Shown here piece by piece: positions 47,462-57,020 of a DNA stretch of 64,000 nucleotides (position 1 is the stretch's first letter; every line of letters begins with the position of its first letter). The stretch is from contig JAJYXB010000017.1 of NCBI GenBank assembly GCA_021791195.1, positions 13,422 through 77,421 on the forward strand. The letters are read 5' to 3'. The translations under genes and the position numbers were made by a program. A model generated the notes under the pieces. That model was given only the letters and a program-made list of their open reading frames with translations, was not told where the DNA came from and did no database searches. The stretch comes from Actinomycetes bacterium (lineage in GTDB: Bacteria > Actinomycetota > Thermoleophilia > BMS3ABIN01).

Positions 47462-48397
47462 TCAGCTCTCAAGCGCGCAGAGCAGGATCTCTTCCACCAT
47501 GTCATTGAAACTCAGGCCCGCAGCCTGAGCCGCCATCGGCATCAGGCTGGTCTCGGTGAAACCGGGGATGGTGTTGATCTCCAGACACCAGAGCCCGCCC
47601 GCATCGTCGAGGATCAGATCGACGCGGCCGAAGCCGGAGCAGTTCAGCGCGTTGAATGCCTTCAGCGAGATCTCGACGGCGCGTGCGGCGACGTCCTCCG
47701 GGATCTCCGCCGGCACGACGTAATCGGCTTTCCCCATCGTGTAACGCGATTCGAAGTCGAAGAACTCTGTCTTGGGGATCGCCTCGACGATCGGCAGCGC
47801 CCGCGGTTCCCGGCCGATGATGCTGACCGCCAGCTCCCGTCCCTTGACGTATTTCTCCAGCAGCACCTTGTCGTCGAAACTGAAGGCGGAGATCAGCGCC
47901 GCCGGCATCTCCTCGACGCTGTGGGCGAAGCGCACGCCCAGCGCGGAGCCCTGGCCGGCGGGCTTGACGACGATCGGCAGGTCGAGCTCCCCGGTGATGA
48001 TCGGCAGGGTGTCCACGGCGCCCAGCTCCTGGAAGGCGTCACGGCTGAAGGCGTAGAAATCCGGCGTCGGAATGCCGTCCGCCACAAAGATGTGTTTTGA
48101 CAGCACTTTGTCCATGCACCGCAGCGAAGGCAGAACGTTCGAGCCGGTGTAGGGGATGCCAAGGATCTCCAGCAGCTCCTGCACCGTGCCGTCCTCGCCG
48201 CTCTTGCCGTGCATGGCGATGAACGCCGCGTCCGGTTTCATCTCTTTCAGCCGCCTGACCATGCGTACATCGACGTCGATGCTCTCGACCGTGTGGCCGA
48301 GCTCTTCCAGAGCCTTCTCCACCCGCGCTCCCGACTTCAGCGAGATGTTGCGCTCGAGCGAACGCCCTCCTTTGAGAACCGCCACTTTCTTGCTCAT
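47462..48397 (-). CDS. D-alanine--D-alanine ligase family ATP-grasp enzyme (second Ddl paralog)
   Basis: MSKKVAVLKGGRSLERNISLKSG...HGKSGEDGTVQELLEILGIPYTGS...EINTIPGFT. 311 aa. Confidence 0.8.
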   Translation of the reverse strand: MSKKVAVLKGGRSLERNISLKSGARVEKALEELGHTVESIDVDVRMVRRLKEMKPDAAFIAMHGKSGEDGTVQELLEILGIPYTGSNVLPSLRCMDKVLSKHIFVADGIPTPDFYAFSRDAFQELGAVDTLPIITGELDLPIVVKPAGQGSALGVRFAHSVEEMPAALISAFSFDDKVLLEKYVKGRELAVSIIGREPRALPIVEAIPKTEFFDFESRYTMGKADYVVPAEIPEDVAARAVEISLKAFNALNCSGFGRVDLILDDAGGLWCLEINTIPGFTETSLMPMAAQAAGLSFNDMVEEILLCALES

Positions 48398-48469
48398 TTT
48401 GTTCCCCCATCGGTTAATTGATGAGTTGCCTGTTCGTGACAGGAACTGCCGTGCCGCCGCGCCAACGTC

Positions 48470-49717
48470 TCAGCTGCCCCGCAAGGCCTGGTACAGATCC
48501 ATCTGCTCGCGGATCACCTTGGCCAGCCGCTTGATGCCTTCTGCGATCATGGCCTCGGGGACGCCACAGAACGCCAGCCGCATATGGTTGGCGCCGCTGC
48601 CGTCCTCCCAGCCGCCGGCGCCGGGAACGAAGGCGACTTTTTCCTGTTCCAGCGCCAGCGCCAGCAGATCGGTGGCGTCAAGATATTCCGGCAGCGTCGC
48701 CCAGATGTAGAAGCCGCCGCGGGGCCGCGTCCAGGTCGCCTCTGGCGGAAAATGCTCTTCGAGCGCCGCCTGCATGGCGTCGCGCCGGCGCCTGTATACT
48801 TCGATCACCGTCTCGACGTAGTCGCGCCAGTGAGCCTCGCGGAAATATTCGTTGACGATCATCTGCGCCAGCGTGGACGGACACAGGTCCGCCGCCTGCT
48901 TCCCCAGGTTGAACTTGGCCAGCAGCGGTGCCGGCGCGGCGATCCATCCCAAACGGATGCCCGGCGAGAGGATCTTGGAAAAAGTGCCCACGTAGATGAC
49001 GTTGTTGTCGCTGTCGAGCGAGTAGAGCGTCGGCTGCGGCTCGCCCTCGAAGCGCAGCAGGCCGTAGGGGTTGTCCTCGACGATGATCAGCTGATGCTCC
49101 CGCGCCAGCTCCACCAGCTCGTGCCGCCGCGCCAGACTCAGCGAGACGCCGGCCGGATTGTGGAAATTCGGGATGACGTAGATGAACTTCGGCTTGCGCC
49201 CCCGCTTTAGCTCTGCCTCGATCACCTGGCGCAGCAGGTCTATGCGGATGCCGTCGTCGTCCAGCGGCACCTGGGTCACCTCGGCCTGGAAGCTGGAGAA
49301 TGACGGGATGGCGCCGGGGTAGGTGGGCGCTTCGGCGATGATCAGGTCGCCGGGATCGATGAGCACCCGCGTCACCAGATCGATCGCCTGCTGCCCGCCG
49401 GTGGTGACGATGAGGTTCTCGATATCGACATGGGCGCCCTCCGCGGCCATCACTTCGGCGATATTGCGCCTGGTCTGGTCGAAGCCTTCCGTGGGGCCGT
49501 ATTGCAACGCCGCCGCCGAGGACTTCATCGCCACCTCGTGCGTCACCTTTGCCAGGGTTTTTGCGGGGAAGCTCTCGGTGCTGGGCAGGCCGCCGGCCAG
49601 ACTGATGACATCGGGGCGCGCTATCACCGCCATCAGGTCGCGCATCACCGATGAGCGCATGTTGCCGGTGCGCTTCGCATAAAAAACTTCATACTTGTCA
49701 AGATCGATTTTCGTCAT
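48470..49717 (-). CDS. PLP-dependent aminotransferase, class I/II (LysN/AadAT-like)
   Basis: Fold type I aminotransferase motifs (...YVGTFSKILSPGIRLGW...). Start taken at internal ATG MTKIDL. Confidence 0.7.
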   Translation of the reverse strand: MTKIDLDKYEVFYAKRTGNMRSSVMRDLMAVIARPDVISLAGGLPSTESFPAKTLAKVTHEVAMKSSAAALQYGPTEGFDQTRRNIAEVMAAEGAHVDIENLIVTTGGQQAIDLVTRVLIDPGDLIIAEAPTYPGAIPSFSSFQAEVTQVPLDDDGIRIDLLRQVIEAELKRGRKPKFIYVIPNFHNPAGVSLSLARRHELVELAREHQLIIVEDNPYGLLRFEGEPQPTLYSLDSDNNVIYVGTFSKILSPGIRLGWIAAPAPLLAKFNLGKQAADLCPSTLAQMIVNEYFREAHWRDYVETVIEVYRRRRDAMQAALEEHFPPEATWTRPRGGFYIWATLPEYLDATDLLALALEQEKVAFVPGAGGWEDGSGANHMRLAFCGVPEAMIAEGIKRLAKVIREQMDLYQALRGS

Positions 49718-49816
49718 AAACCCAGATTCTAGTCTGGCCCGTTTCTTTAAGCAATAACGCGGGAATGGTACAATGCGGGCTTGTCCGGAATGAGTCAAGC
49801 TAATCAGGAGGTTCTG

Positions 49817-50386
49817 ATGCCGGTTGCGTGGGCGATCGGGGCGGGGGCAGGGCTGGCCTCCATGGCCGGGGTGCGTTCTTTTATCCCTTTGGCGATCTAC
49901 ATGCTGTTTGCCAGGCTCGGATGGGTCTGGGGTTTTTCGCCGGAGAATACGCCGATGGATTTCCTGCTGTCCAACGCCGCCGCCGCCGTGCTGCTGGTAG
50001 CGGTCGCGGTGCAGATCGCCATCACGCGGCTGCCGGCGATGGCCAGGATCGACCTGCTCCTGCGCATGCCGCTGGCCGTGCTGGTGGGAGCGCTGATTAT
50101 GGCCGGCACGCTCGCAGGCGCGATCTCTTCCAGTCTGTACCTGGTGGGCCTGCCCGTGGGCGCGGTGCTGGCGCTTCTTGGTGTCTACGTGTATCAGGGC
50201 CTGGTCATGGCCGGAGGCGGCCGGGACCCGGGGCCGGCGCTGGACGTCTCCCTGATCATCGTTTCAGCCCTGACGATGCTGGTGCCGCCAGCCGGCTACC
50301 TGGCCCTGCTTCTGGGGATCTGGCTGGCGCTGAGGGTGCGCCGGCTGAAGCGGATGAAGTACAAGGGTCTGCGGGTGCTGGCCTGA
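49817..50386 (+). CDS. small polytopic membrane protein (DUF4126-like)
   Basis: ~190-aa, 4-5 TM helices. Weak family recognition. Confidence 0.35.
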   Translation: MPVAWAIGAGAGLASMAGVRSFIPLAIYMLFARLGWVWGFSPENTPMDFLLSNAAAAVLLVAVAVQIAITRLPAMARIDLLLRMPLAVLVGALIMAGTLAGAISSSLYLVGLPVGAVLALLGVYVYQGLVMAGGGRDPGPALDVSLIIVSALTMLVPPAGYLALLLGIWLALRVRRLKRMKYKGLRVLA

Positions 50387-50465
50387 AAACGGGGACGTTG
50401 CTTTCCTAACGATCCTGAATTGGTAAGGTAAAATCTCAAACATCCGCGGAGTTTTTGGAAGCCCC

Positions 50466-50750
50466 ATGCCGATCAAGCGCGCACATCTTTACATCTCCGG
50501 CCGGGTCCAGGGAGTGTTCTTCCGCGCCTGGACAGCCGAGAGCGCCCAGCGCCTGGGCCTGGGAGGGTGGGTGCGCAACCTCGTGGACGGGCGTGTGGAG
50601 GCGGTCTACGAAGGCGATCCGGCCAAAGTCGACCGCATGATCGAGCTGAGCCGTGAAGGGCCGCCCCGCGCGCGCGTCGATGCCGTTCTGGATGACTACA
50701 GCGAGCCGCCGCAGGGGCTCGTGGCGTTCGAGGTCCGGCGCACCGCCTAA
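50466..50750 (+). CDS. acyP: acylphosphatase
   Basis: ISGRVQGVFFRAWT...GLGGWVRNLVDGRVE signature. 94 aa. Confidence 0.85.
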   Translation: MPIKRAHLYISGRVQGVFFRAWTAESAQRLGLGGWVRNLVDGRVEAVYEGDPAKVDRMIELSREGPPRARVDAVLDDYSEPPQGLVAFEVRRTA

Positions 50751-50824
50751 AAACCCGGGACACCTTATAAAATTCGGCAGCGAAATAATTTGCAGGGTGT
50801 CCCGGGTTTTTCAAGCACCCCGCA

Positions 50825-51658
50825 TCATCCGCGGTGCCGGTGGTCATGTTTTTCCACGTGGCTGTGCGGATGCGAGTGCTCGAGGCCGTCATGGCGGTGG
50901 GTGTGATAGTGCACCAGGTTGGCGCTGAGCAGCAGCTCCCGATCGGCCAGCACCTCCGCGGCCGGTCCCTCGCCGGCGAGCCGGTGATCTTCTCCCAGGA
51001 CTATCGCCCTGCTGGCGATGTGGGTGACGATGCCCAGGTCCTGGGTGGCGGTGATTATGGTCTTGCCGGCGCGGTTGAGCTCTGCCATCATCTGGATCAG
51101 GAATTCCTCCGTCTTGGGATCGAGACCCGCGGTGGGCTCGTCGAACAGCAGCACATCCGGGTTGATAGCCAGCACCGCGGCCAGCGCCACCTTCTTTTTC
51201 TCGCCGCCACTCAGGTGATATGGCGGCCGGTCGCGCAGATGTTCGAGACCCAGGATATGCAGCGTGTCCTTGACGCGTTCTTCGACCTCATCCTGGGGCA
51301 AACCCAGATGCAGCGGTCCGAAAGCAATCTCCTCCCAGACGTTGGGCGAGAACAGCTGTGCATCGGAGTTCTGGAACACGAAGCCGACACGGCGGCGGAA
51401 ACCCCGGGCGAAACCCTCGTCCTGAAGCGCGGTTTCGTCCAGCCTGCTGCCGAAGGCCCTGATCTGACCCCCGCTGGGGAAGATGAGTCCATCCAGCAGC
51501 TTGAGCAGCGTCGATTTGCCGGAGCCGTTCGCGCCCAGCAGGGCTAACTTCTCCCCGGCGTCCACCCTGAAGCCGATGCCGTCCAGGCCCGTGGCGTCCA
51601 TATAACTGTAACGGACAGCCTCGAGCTCGAATACCGGATGTGGGCCGCGCTCAGCCAA
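50825..51658 (-). CDS. cbiO: ECF-type ABC transporter ATP-binding protein (CbiO/NikO-like)
   Basis: Walker A GANGSGKST, LSGGEKKKVALA signature, Walker B LLFDEP. Probable TTG start overlapping the cbiQ stop. Confidence 0.8.
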   Translation of the reverse strand: MAERGPHPVFELEAVRYSYMDATGLDGIGFRVDAGEKLALLGANGSGKSTLLKLLDGLIFPSGGQIRAFGSRLDETALQDEGFARGFRRRVGFVFQNSDAQLFSPNVWEEIAFGPLHLGLPQDEVEERVKDTLHILGLEHLRDRPPYHLSGGEKKKVALAAVLAINPDVLLFDEPTAGLDPKTEEFLIQMMAELNRAGKTIITATQDLGIVTHIASRAIVLGEDHRLAGEGPAAEVLADRELLLSANLVHYHTHRHDGLEHSHPHSHVEKHDHRHRG

Positions 51659-52601
51659 GCAGGCGGTCGCCTCCCACAGCCGCAATCGCCAGCAGCAACG
51701 CCGCAACCAGCAGCAGCAGGTCTTGAGTGCGCATGCGAAAGGGCCTCATGGTCATCGGCTCGCCGTTGAAGCCGCGGCTGACCATGGCCGCGTAGATCTC
51801 GTCGCTGAGCGTGCTGGACTTGCCCAGCAGCGTCCCCATGCTGCTGGCGGCGAAGTGCCGGTCGTCACGGGGGCTGCCGGGGCCGACCATGCGGCTGCGT
51901 CTGGCTGTGAACATGTCGCTTGCCAGGCTGAGGAGCAGGAAGATATACCGGTACGCCATCGACAGGATCAGCACAAAGACACGCGGCACGTAAAAGATCC
52001 GCAGCGCCTTGAGCAGGTCGGACCAGCGCGTCGTCAGCGTCAGCAGTACCGCCAGCGACACCGACACCGCCACTCGGAGGATGAGGATGGCGGCGCCAGC
52101 GAGCCCCTGCCTGGTGATCGCCAGCGAGGTGCCAAGCGACCACGGGCCCAGACGCACCTCGTGGCCGAAACTCCAGATAGTGAACAGCGGGTCACCTGCT
52201 TTGACTACATTAAATATACTGGGTAAAACAATCACGCCGGCGAAGACGGGGATGAACAGCCAGACGCGCTTGATGAAAAATCTAAGCGACACCCGCGAAG
52301 AAGCGGCTGCCGCCAGAGTGAGCGCATAGAGGGTCAGCAGCAGGAGGGGTGTCCGGATGATCGCCGCCGCCATCAGCAGCGCCAGCAGCCCGGCGCTCTT
52401 GGCCCGCGGATCGGTGCGCTGCAGCAATCCCTGCCGCGCCGCAATCTGCTCGGAGAAGACGCTGGTCCTGAGCGCGTGCGCCATCCCCTGGATCGTCCGT
52501 TCCACCGCGCTGCGCCGGCGCCTGCGGCCGCTGGTGGCTGGAGCTTTCGCGCCGGCAGCGGCGATCATCCACCGTGGCAGTGTCGGCTCAGTTTCAATCA
52601 C
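51651..52601 (-). CDS. cbiQ: ECF transporter transmembrane T component (CbiQ/NikQ-like)
   Basis: Polytopic membrane protein between M and O components. Start possibly at internal ATG. Confidence 0.6.
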   Translation of the reverse strand: MIETEPTLPRWMIAAAGAKAPATSGRRRRRSAVERTIQGMAHALRTSVFSEQIAARQGLLQRTDPRAKSAGLLALLMAAAIIRTPLLLLTLYALTLAAAASSRVSLRFFIKRVWLFIPVFAGVIVLPSIFNVVKAGDPLFTIWSFGHEVRLGPWSLGTSLAITRQGLAGAAILILRVAVSVSLAVLLTLTTRWSDLLKALRIFYVPRVFVLILSMAYRYIFLLLSLASDMFTARRSRMVGPGSPRDDRHFAASSMGTLLGKSSTLSDEIYAAMVSRGFNGEPMTMRPFRMRTQDLLLLVAALLLAIAAVGGDRLLG

Positions 52602-53601
52602 TTTTTTTTGTCCTGTGTATCAACTTGACCGCGAGAAAAGTCAGGCCGCCGACTATGGCCAGGCCGATCGCGGCGGAGGCCATATACCCGGGCACCGAGG
52701 ACCAGAAGCTGCCCCGCACGCCGTAATGCGGCAGTATTCCACTCCAGAAGCCCGAAAACCTGTTCATCCCTTCGGGGATGAAGCCGAAACGCCGGCGGAT
52801 ATCCTCGGGGCTCCACTCGCCCCAGGCCGTCGCCGTGGCCAGCAGACCCAGCGGCACGAAGATGAGCATCAGCAGCAACCCGATCAGCAGCGGCCGCAGC
52901 CGTGGGCCGGCTGCTGGCGCGGCGGCTTTCTCACCCGCCAGCAGGCCGATGCGCGCCCGCTGCAGGTAAACGACGGCCAGGGCGGTCACCCCCGCTTCCA
53001 CGAAGCCGATCACCGTCAGGTGCACCAGCATCATCGCCGGGATCGTCTGCGAAAGGCCGTAAGGCGAGTACAGCGCCGTACCGTTGGCGGTGTGGAAGAG
53101 GCCGGGCTGGATGCCAACCTCGAGCGCGACCAGGAAAGCGGAAACGTTGAGGCCGACATATGCGCCGATGCCGGCGCCGATCCAGCGGCGCGCTCCCCGG
53201 GGGGAGGAGCCGGCTGAAATCAGTCGGTATACATAATAGCCGACGATTGGCAGGATGAATGCCATGTTGAAGCAGTTGGCGCCGATGGCGAGGATGCCGC
53301 CGTCACCAAAGAAGAGCGCCTGGATCACCAGCGCCACCGTCAGCGCGATCACCGCCGCCCACGGTCCCAGCGTTACCGCCACCAGCGTGCCGCCCACCGC
53401 GTGCGCTGAGGTTCCACCAGGCACGGGGATGTTGAACATCATGATGACGAACGTGAACGCCGCCCCGATAGCCACCAGCGGCGCCTGCCGCTGCCTGAGC
53501 GTCCGCTTGACCTTGTGGCCGGCGGTGTACCAGACGGGCACCATCATCGCCCACAGGCCGCCCGCGGTCTGCGGGCTGATGTAGCCATCGGGTATGTGCA
53601 T
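52594..53601 (-). CDS. cbiM: fused CbiM/CbiN (NikMN-type) substrate-capture component of Ni/Co ECF transporter
   Basis: Starts MHIPDGY, the Met1-His2 metal-coordinating N-terminus diagnostic of CbiM/NikM. C-terminal extension with an extra TM (CbiN-like). 335 aa. Confidence 0.8.
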   Translation of the reverse strand: MHIPDGYISPQTAGGLWAMMVPVWYTAGHKVKRTLRQRQAPLVAIGAAFTFVIMMFNIPVPGGTSAHAVGGTLVAVTLGPWAAVIALTVALVIQALFFGDGGILAIGANCFNMAFILPIVGYYVYRLISAGSSPRGARRWIGAGIGAYVGLNVSAFLVALEVGIQPGLFHTANGTALYSPYGLSQTIPAMMLVHLTVIGFVEAGVTALAVVYLQRARIGLLAGEKAAAPAAGPRLRPLLIGLLLMLIFVPLGLLATATAWGEWSPEDIRRRFGFIPEGMNRFSGFWSGILPHYGVRGSFWSSVPGYMASAAIGLAIVGGLTFLAVKLIHRTKKSD

Positions 53602-53737
53602 GCGTTTCTCCTTTCAGATCCCCGTCTTCCGCTGGGACCTTCAGCCATGCCGGACCGTACGCAGCCTTCAGGCTGCGTACGGGCCTCCGTGGTCCTCCTC
53701 GCCTTCCGGCTTGATATTGGCGACATCTCCGGCGTTA

Positions 53738-55186
53738 TTACACGGCAACGAATGCGCCCCTGAGTTCTGCATGAAGGGGACGATGCGCTAACAGATATTT
53801 TCGCATCGCATCAATAATCCGTTCAGACTGATTTTCGCGAATGCGGCCGTATTGCCGAGGGACCCCTTGCGGAGTGACGAATGCCGCTGTATAGTTCCGG
53901 CCGGGCTGAACCTCCTCATTGCCTGCAAACAGTTTTTGAATACGGTGTCCAGGCGGATTCTCTATCTTGAAGTAGACATTAAGACCGAGACAGCGCTTGA
54001 CATATCCTCCCATTTGCTGATACGGATCGCATGAAAACGTCCTCTCAAGATTCTCCTCCAGCATTGTCCTGATTTCCTCCCCGGTCAGCTCTACTGTGGA
54101 GACGGGCGGGTTCATGGGAATGATATTGTAAAGGTCATTCAAGGTTATCTGTCCCGGGACTACTGGTGCGCCGTAGCGCCAGCCATTTGAAAACGCCAAT
54201 TGCGCCCCCGTGTTTTCAAGCAGGGCCTGAAGGAGGAAGTTGTCCATGGTAGTTTCCAGAGTTGTGCCCCTGTTGAGCGCTGTGACAGTTTCACCGACAA
54301 CCTCCGAGAGATCATTCTTATAGGGTGCGAGTGCCCGTCTTACCGGTTCATCCACTGTGGGGTCAGGTTGCGTGGCTGCTTCGACCTCAATCAACCGGTG
54401 CCGGTAATCCATGATCTGGCCGTCTGCCACCTCCAGGTCCAGGCGACCCAAAAAAGAACCATGGCAGCCTGACTGTATAACAATAGTTTTCCCATTGAGA
54501 ACCGGTTTATAAAGACGGTTGTGGGTGTGGCCGCTGAGACAAATATCGATGCCGTGCACCTCGGACAGAAGCTTCATCTCCTGAGGGAACCCGAGGTGCG
54601 AGAGCAAGACAATGAAGTCCACCTTTTCCCGGGCGCGCAGCACATCGATAACTGGCGGGAGTTCATCCTTTCCCAGGGTAAAGGATATGCCTTCGCTGTA
54701 GGAAGGCGGCATGGTCTTGTCCACAATATTTGAGGCTATCCCCACAAGGCCGATCCGTAATCCGCCGGTCTCTTTTACGACATACGCCGGAAAGACCGGC
54801 TTGCTTGTCTCCTGATCGTAGACATTGTTTGCCAGCATCGGATATTCAAGCTCGGCGACCCGCTGCTGGAACACCTTCGGGCCATAAGCAAATTCCCAGT
54901 GAGCGGTCATGGCATCAAGTCCCAACGAATTCAAAACAGGGATCAAAGCCTGTCCCTGGGTGTTCAGGGCAGGATAGGTGCCATGCATGGTATCGCCGCA
55001 GTCGCAAAAGAGAATCCGTCCCCGGCTCTCAGCTCGAATCTGTTTTACGATCGTGGCGATGCGAGCGTAACCACCCACGGGACGGTATACAGCGCGGCCG
55101 CCCTGCCAGAACATTTCCTGATGTAAATCAAAATATGCGTGGCTGTCGTTCATTTGGACTATTGTGAGCTTGTTGCTCCCACTCAT
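53738..55186 (-). CDS. bifunctional metallophosphatase/5'-nucleotidase family protein
   Basis: MSGSNKLTIVQMNDSHAYFD..., GDTMHG and GHTHN motifs. Start at internal ATG with AGGAGGAGAA RBS. No signal peptide. Confidence 0.75.
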   Translation of the reverse strand: MSGSNKLTIVQMNDSHAYFDLHQEMFWQGGRAVYRPVGGYARIATIVKQIRAESRGRILFCDCGDTMHGTYPALNTQGQALIPVLNSLGLDAMTAHWEFAYGPKVFQQRVAELEYPMLANNVYDQETSKPVFPAYVVKETGGLRIGLVGIASNIVDKTMPPSYSEGISFTLGKDELPPVIDVLRAREKVDFIVLLSHLGFPQEMKLLSEVHGIDICLSGHTHNRLYKPVLNGKTIVIQSGCHGSFLGRLDLEVADGQIMDYRHRLIEVEAATQPDPTVDEPVRRALAPYKNDLSEVVGETVTALNRGTTLETTMDNFLLQALLENTGAQLAFSNGWRYGAPVVPGQITLNDLYNIIPMNPPVSTVELTGEEIRTMLEENLERTFSCDPYQQMGGYVKRCLGLNVYFKIENPPGHRIQKLFAGNEEVQPGRNYTAAFVTPQGVPRQYGRIRENQSERIIDAMRKYLLAHRPLHAELRGAFVAV

Positions 55187-55350
55187 TCTTCTCCTCCCTT
55201 CCGTTATTCCATTGTATCTTTTTGTGCGGATTCCACCGCCACAAACCAGGAACCAGACATGCGCAGCATTCAGACATTGCGTCGCCCCGTCTCCATCTCC
55301 TGCCTCTCGACTGGCAGGCAAGAAATTGGCGTGCCCTGAGAAAATATTGG

Positions 55351-56673
55351 CTAAGAAGCCTCCCGCTCTTTCAGGGGCTCCGCGAGCAGGCCTGGCCGCA
55401 AGAGCAGGAAGAACGCGTAGGCTAGCAACACGGCCGCGCCGGCCAAAACCGCCGAATCGGGGCCGATGACGCCACCGAGCCAGCCGAAACCGAGCGATGA
55501 GAACGGTTGCATGCCCATGAAACACAGGACGAATAGAGCCATGACGCGACCGCGCAGCCGGGGCGGGGCGGCCCACTGCACCCCGGTCATCGCGGTCGCC
55601 GAACCGGTGAGTAACGAGGCGCCTGCCAGCGACACCAGTCCCACGGACAGGTAATAGTTGCGGGAAAGCGAGAATGCCAGCAGCGCTGCTCCCATGCCCA
55701 GCACGGCGGCGCGGATGAGCAGTCCGCGGCGGACGCGCGGCGGCAGGCTGGCGACAAACAGGGCGCCGATCACAGCTCCCAGCCCGCTTGCCCCCATCAG
55801 CACCGCATAACCGGTTGCGCCCTGCCCAAGGACCTGCGCCGCGATCACCGGCATGAGCGTGATGTACGGCATGCCGAACAACGATAGCATCAAAACGCTG
55901 ATCAGCAGCCAGGCAACCTGCCGGTTCTCGCGTGTGTATTTCAAACCGGCGGTCAGCGTACTGAGCGCACCGCCGCAGCTACGCGCATGCTGCTCCTGCC
56001 GCGGATGGATCAGCGCCAGAGCCGCTATCACGAACAGGAAGCTGATGGCGTTGACGTAGAAGACCTCGGCGGCGCCGTAACGCGCGAAAACGAGGCCGCC
56101 CAGCAATGGACCGAGCAGGCGGGCGCCGTTGAACTGGGCCGCGTTGAGCGCGACGGCGTTAAGCAGCGATTTCTTCGGCACGATATCCGGCAACATCGCC
56201 TGCCAGGCGGGGAAAACGAATGCCGTGATGACGCCGCCGAACAGAACCAGCCCGCCGATTAATACGATTGTGATGGCGTTTACCTGGGTGAGCCGCGCCA
56301 GCAGGAGCGCCTGAATCATCAGCAGGGTTTGAGCCACGATGATCAGTCGTTTACGGTTGAGGCGATCAGCGAACAGTCCCGCGAAAAGCGTCAGCAGCGT
56401 CGTCGGCAGGAAGTTGAGGAAGTTGATGACGCCCAGGGCGGCGGAGGGGTTGCCTGCCTTGGTGATGTCATAGACGACCCAGCCGACAGCGACCGTCTGC
56501 ATCCAGGTGCCGATGTTGGAGATCAGCGCGCCGCTCCAGAAGTAGCGGTAATCCCGGTGCCGGAATGATTTGAACGGACTCCTCTCGCGCCCCCGGACAG
56601 CTTCGGGACAGGTTTCAACCGTTGCTTCAATCGAATAGGTATCCTTATCGGGCTCACTCTCCGAATTGACCAT
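55351..56673 (-). CDS. MFS transporter
   Basis: 12-TM major facilitator. Start at internal ATG MVNSE. Confidence 0.75.
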   Translation of the reverse strand: MVNSESEPDKDTYSIEATVETCPEAVRGRERSPFKSFRHRDYRYFWSGALISNIGTWMQTVAVGWVVYDITKAGNPSAALGVINFLNFLPTTLLTLFAGLFADRLNRKRLIIVAQTLLMIQALLLARLTQVNAITIVLIGGLVLFGGVITAFVFPAWQAMLPDIVPKKSLLNAVALNAAQFNGARLLGPLLGGLVFARYGAAEVFYVNAISFLFVIAALALIHPRQEQHARSCGGALSTLTAGLKYTRENRQVAWLLISVLMLSLFGMPYITLMPVIAAQVLGQGATGYAVLMGASGLGAVIGALFVASLPPRVRRGLLIRAAVLGMGAALLAFSLSRNYYLSVGLVSLAGASLLTGSATAMTGVQWAAPPRLRGRVMALFVLCFMGMQPFSSLGFGWLGGVIGPDSAVLAGAAVLLAYAFFLLLRPGLLAEPLKEREAS

Positions 56674-56889
56674 GCCGTGCGTCCCATCCGTTTCAGGAAA
56701 TGTTATTGTCTGAAAGCTCAAAAGCCTGCGGGAACCGAACTTTAAAATGTTGGGGATATCCGCTGTACAAGAATAAAATGTCCTTATTAATCCGGGGCCA
56801 AACATGCGCGCTATTTTGTCATATTGCTAAATAGTGTTATAGTCCAAGCCGCAGGAACGCAGAAGCAACCGTTTTTCGATTTTGCCGGC

Positions 56890-57020
56890 GTCCCCAAAAA
56901 ATAGCCGGCGTCCCGAATAAATAGCCCGGCGTCCGAAAAAATAGCGCCAGCAGCGTCCCGCCGGCCGTCAGCGAGAAAGGTGTCCCGGATAAAAAGCCCG
57001 GCGTCACGGGAAGATTTTTC
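56890..57020. repeat. tandem ~21-nt repeats (AATAGCCGGCGTCCcGAAAAAA-like, 3 clear + 2 degenerate copies) with phased A-tracts
   Basis: Seen directly in the divergent MFS/thiM intergenic region. Produces a repeated DAGLFIRD peptide in an antisense ORF. Confidence 0.55.

Noticed and set aside
53602-53737. Cobalamin riboswitch in the cbiM leader
   Set aside because: No B12-box-like GCCACTG core or conserved GGGAA...GGTG elements were recognised. Only a simple perfect hairpin is evident.
56890-57020. Possible CRISPR array or TPP riboswitch upstream of thiM
   Set aside because: Repeats are ~21 nt with no unique spacers and A-tract content, so this is not a CRISPR array, and no cas genes are in the window. 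THI-element core motifs (CTGAGA, GCGTAGGGAA) were not found by eye. Kept only as a repeat/regulatory finding.
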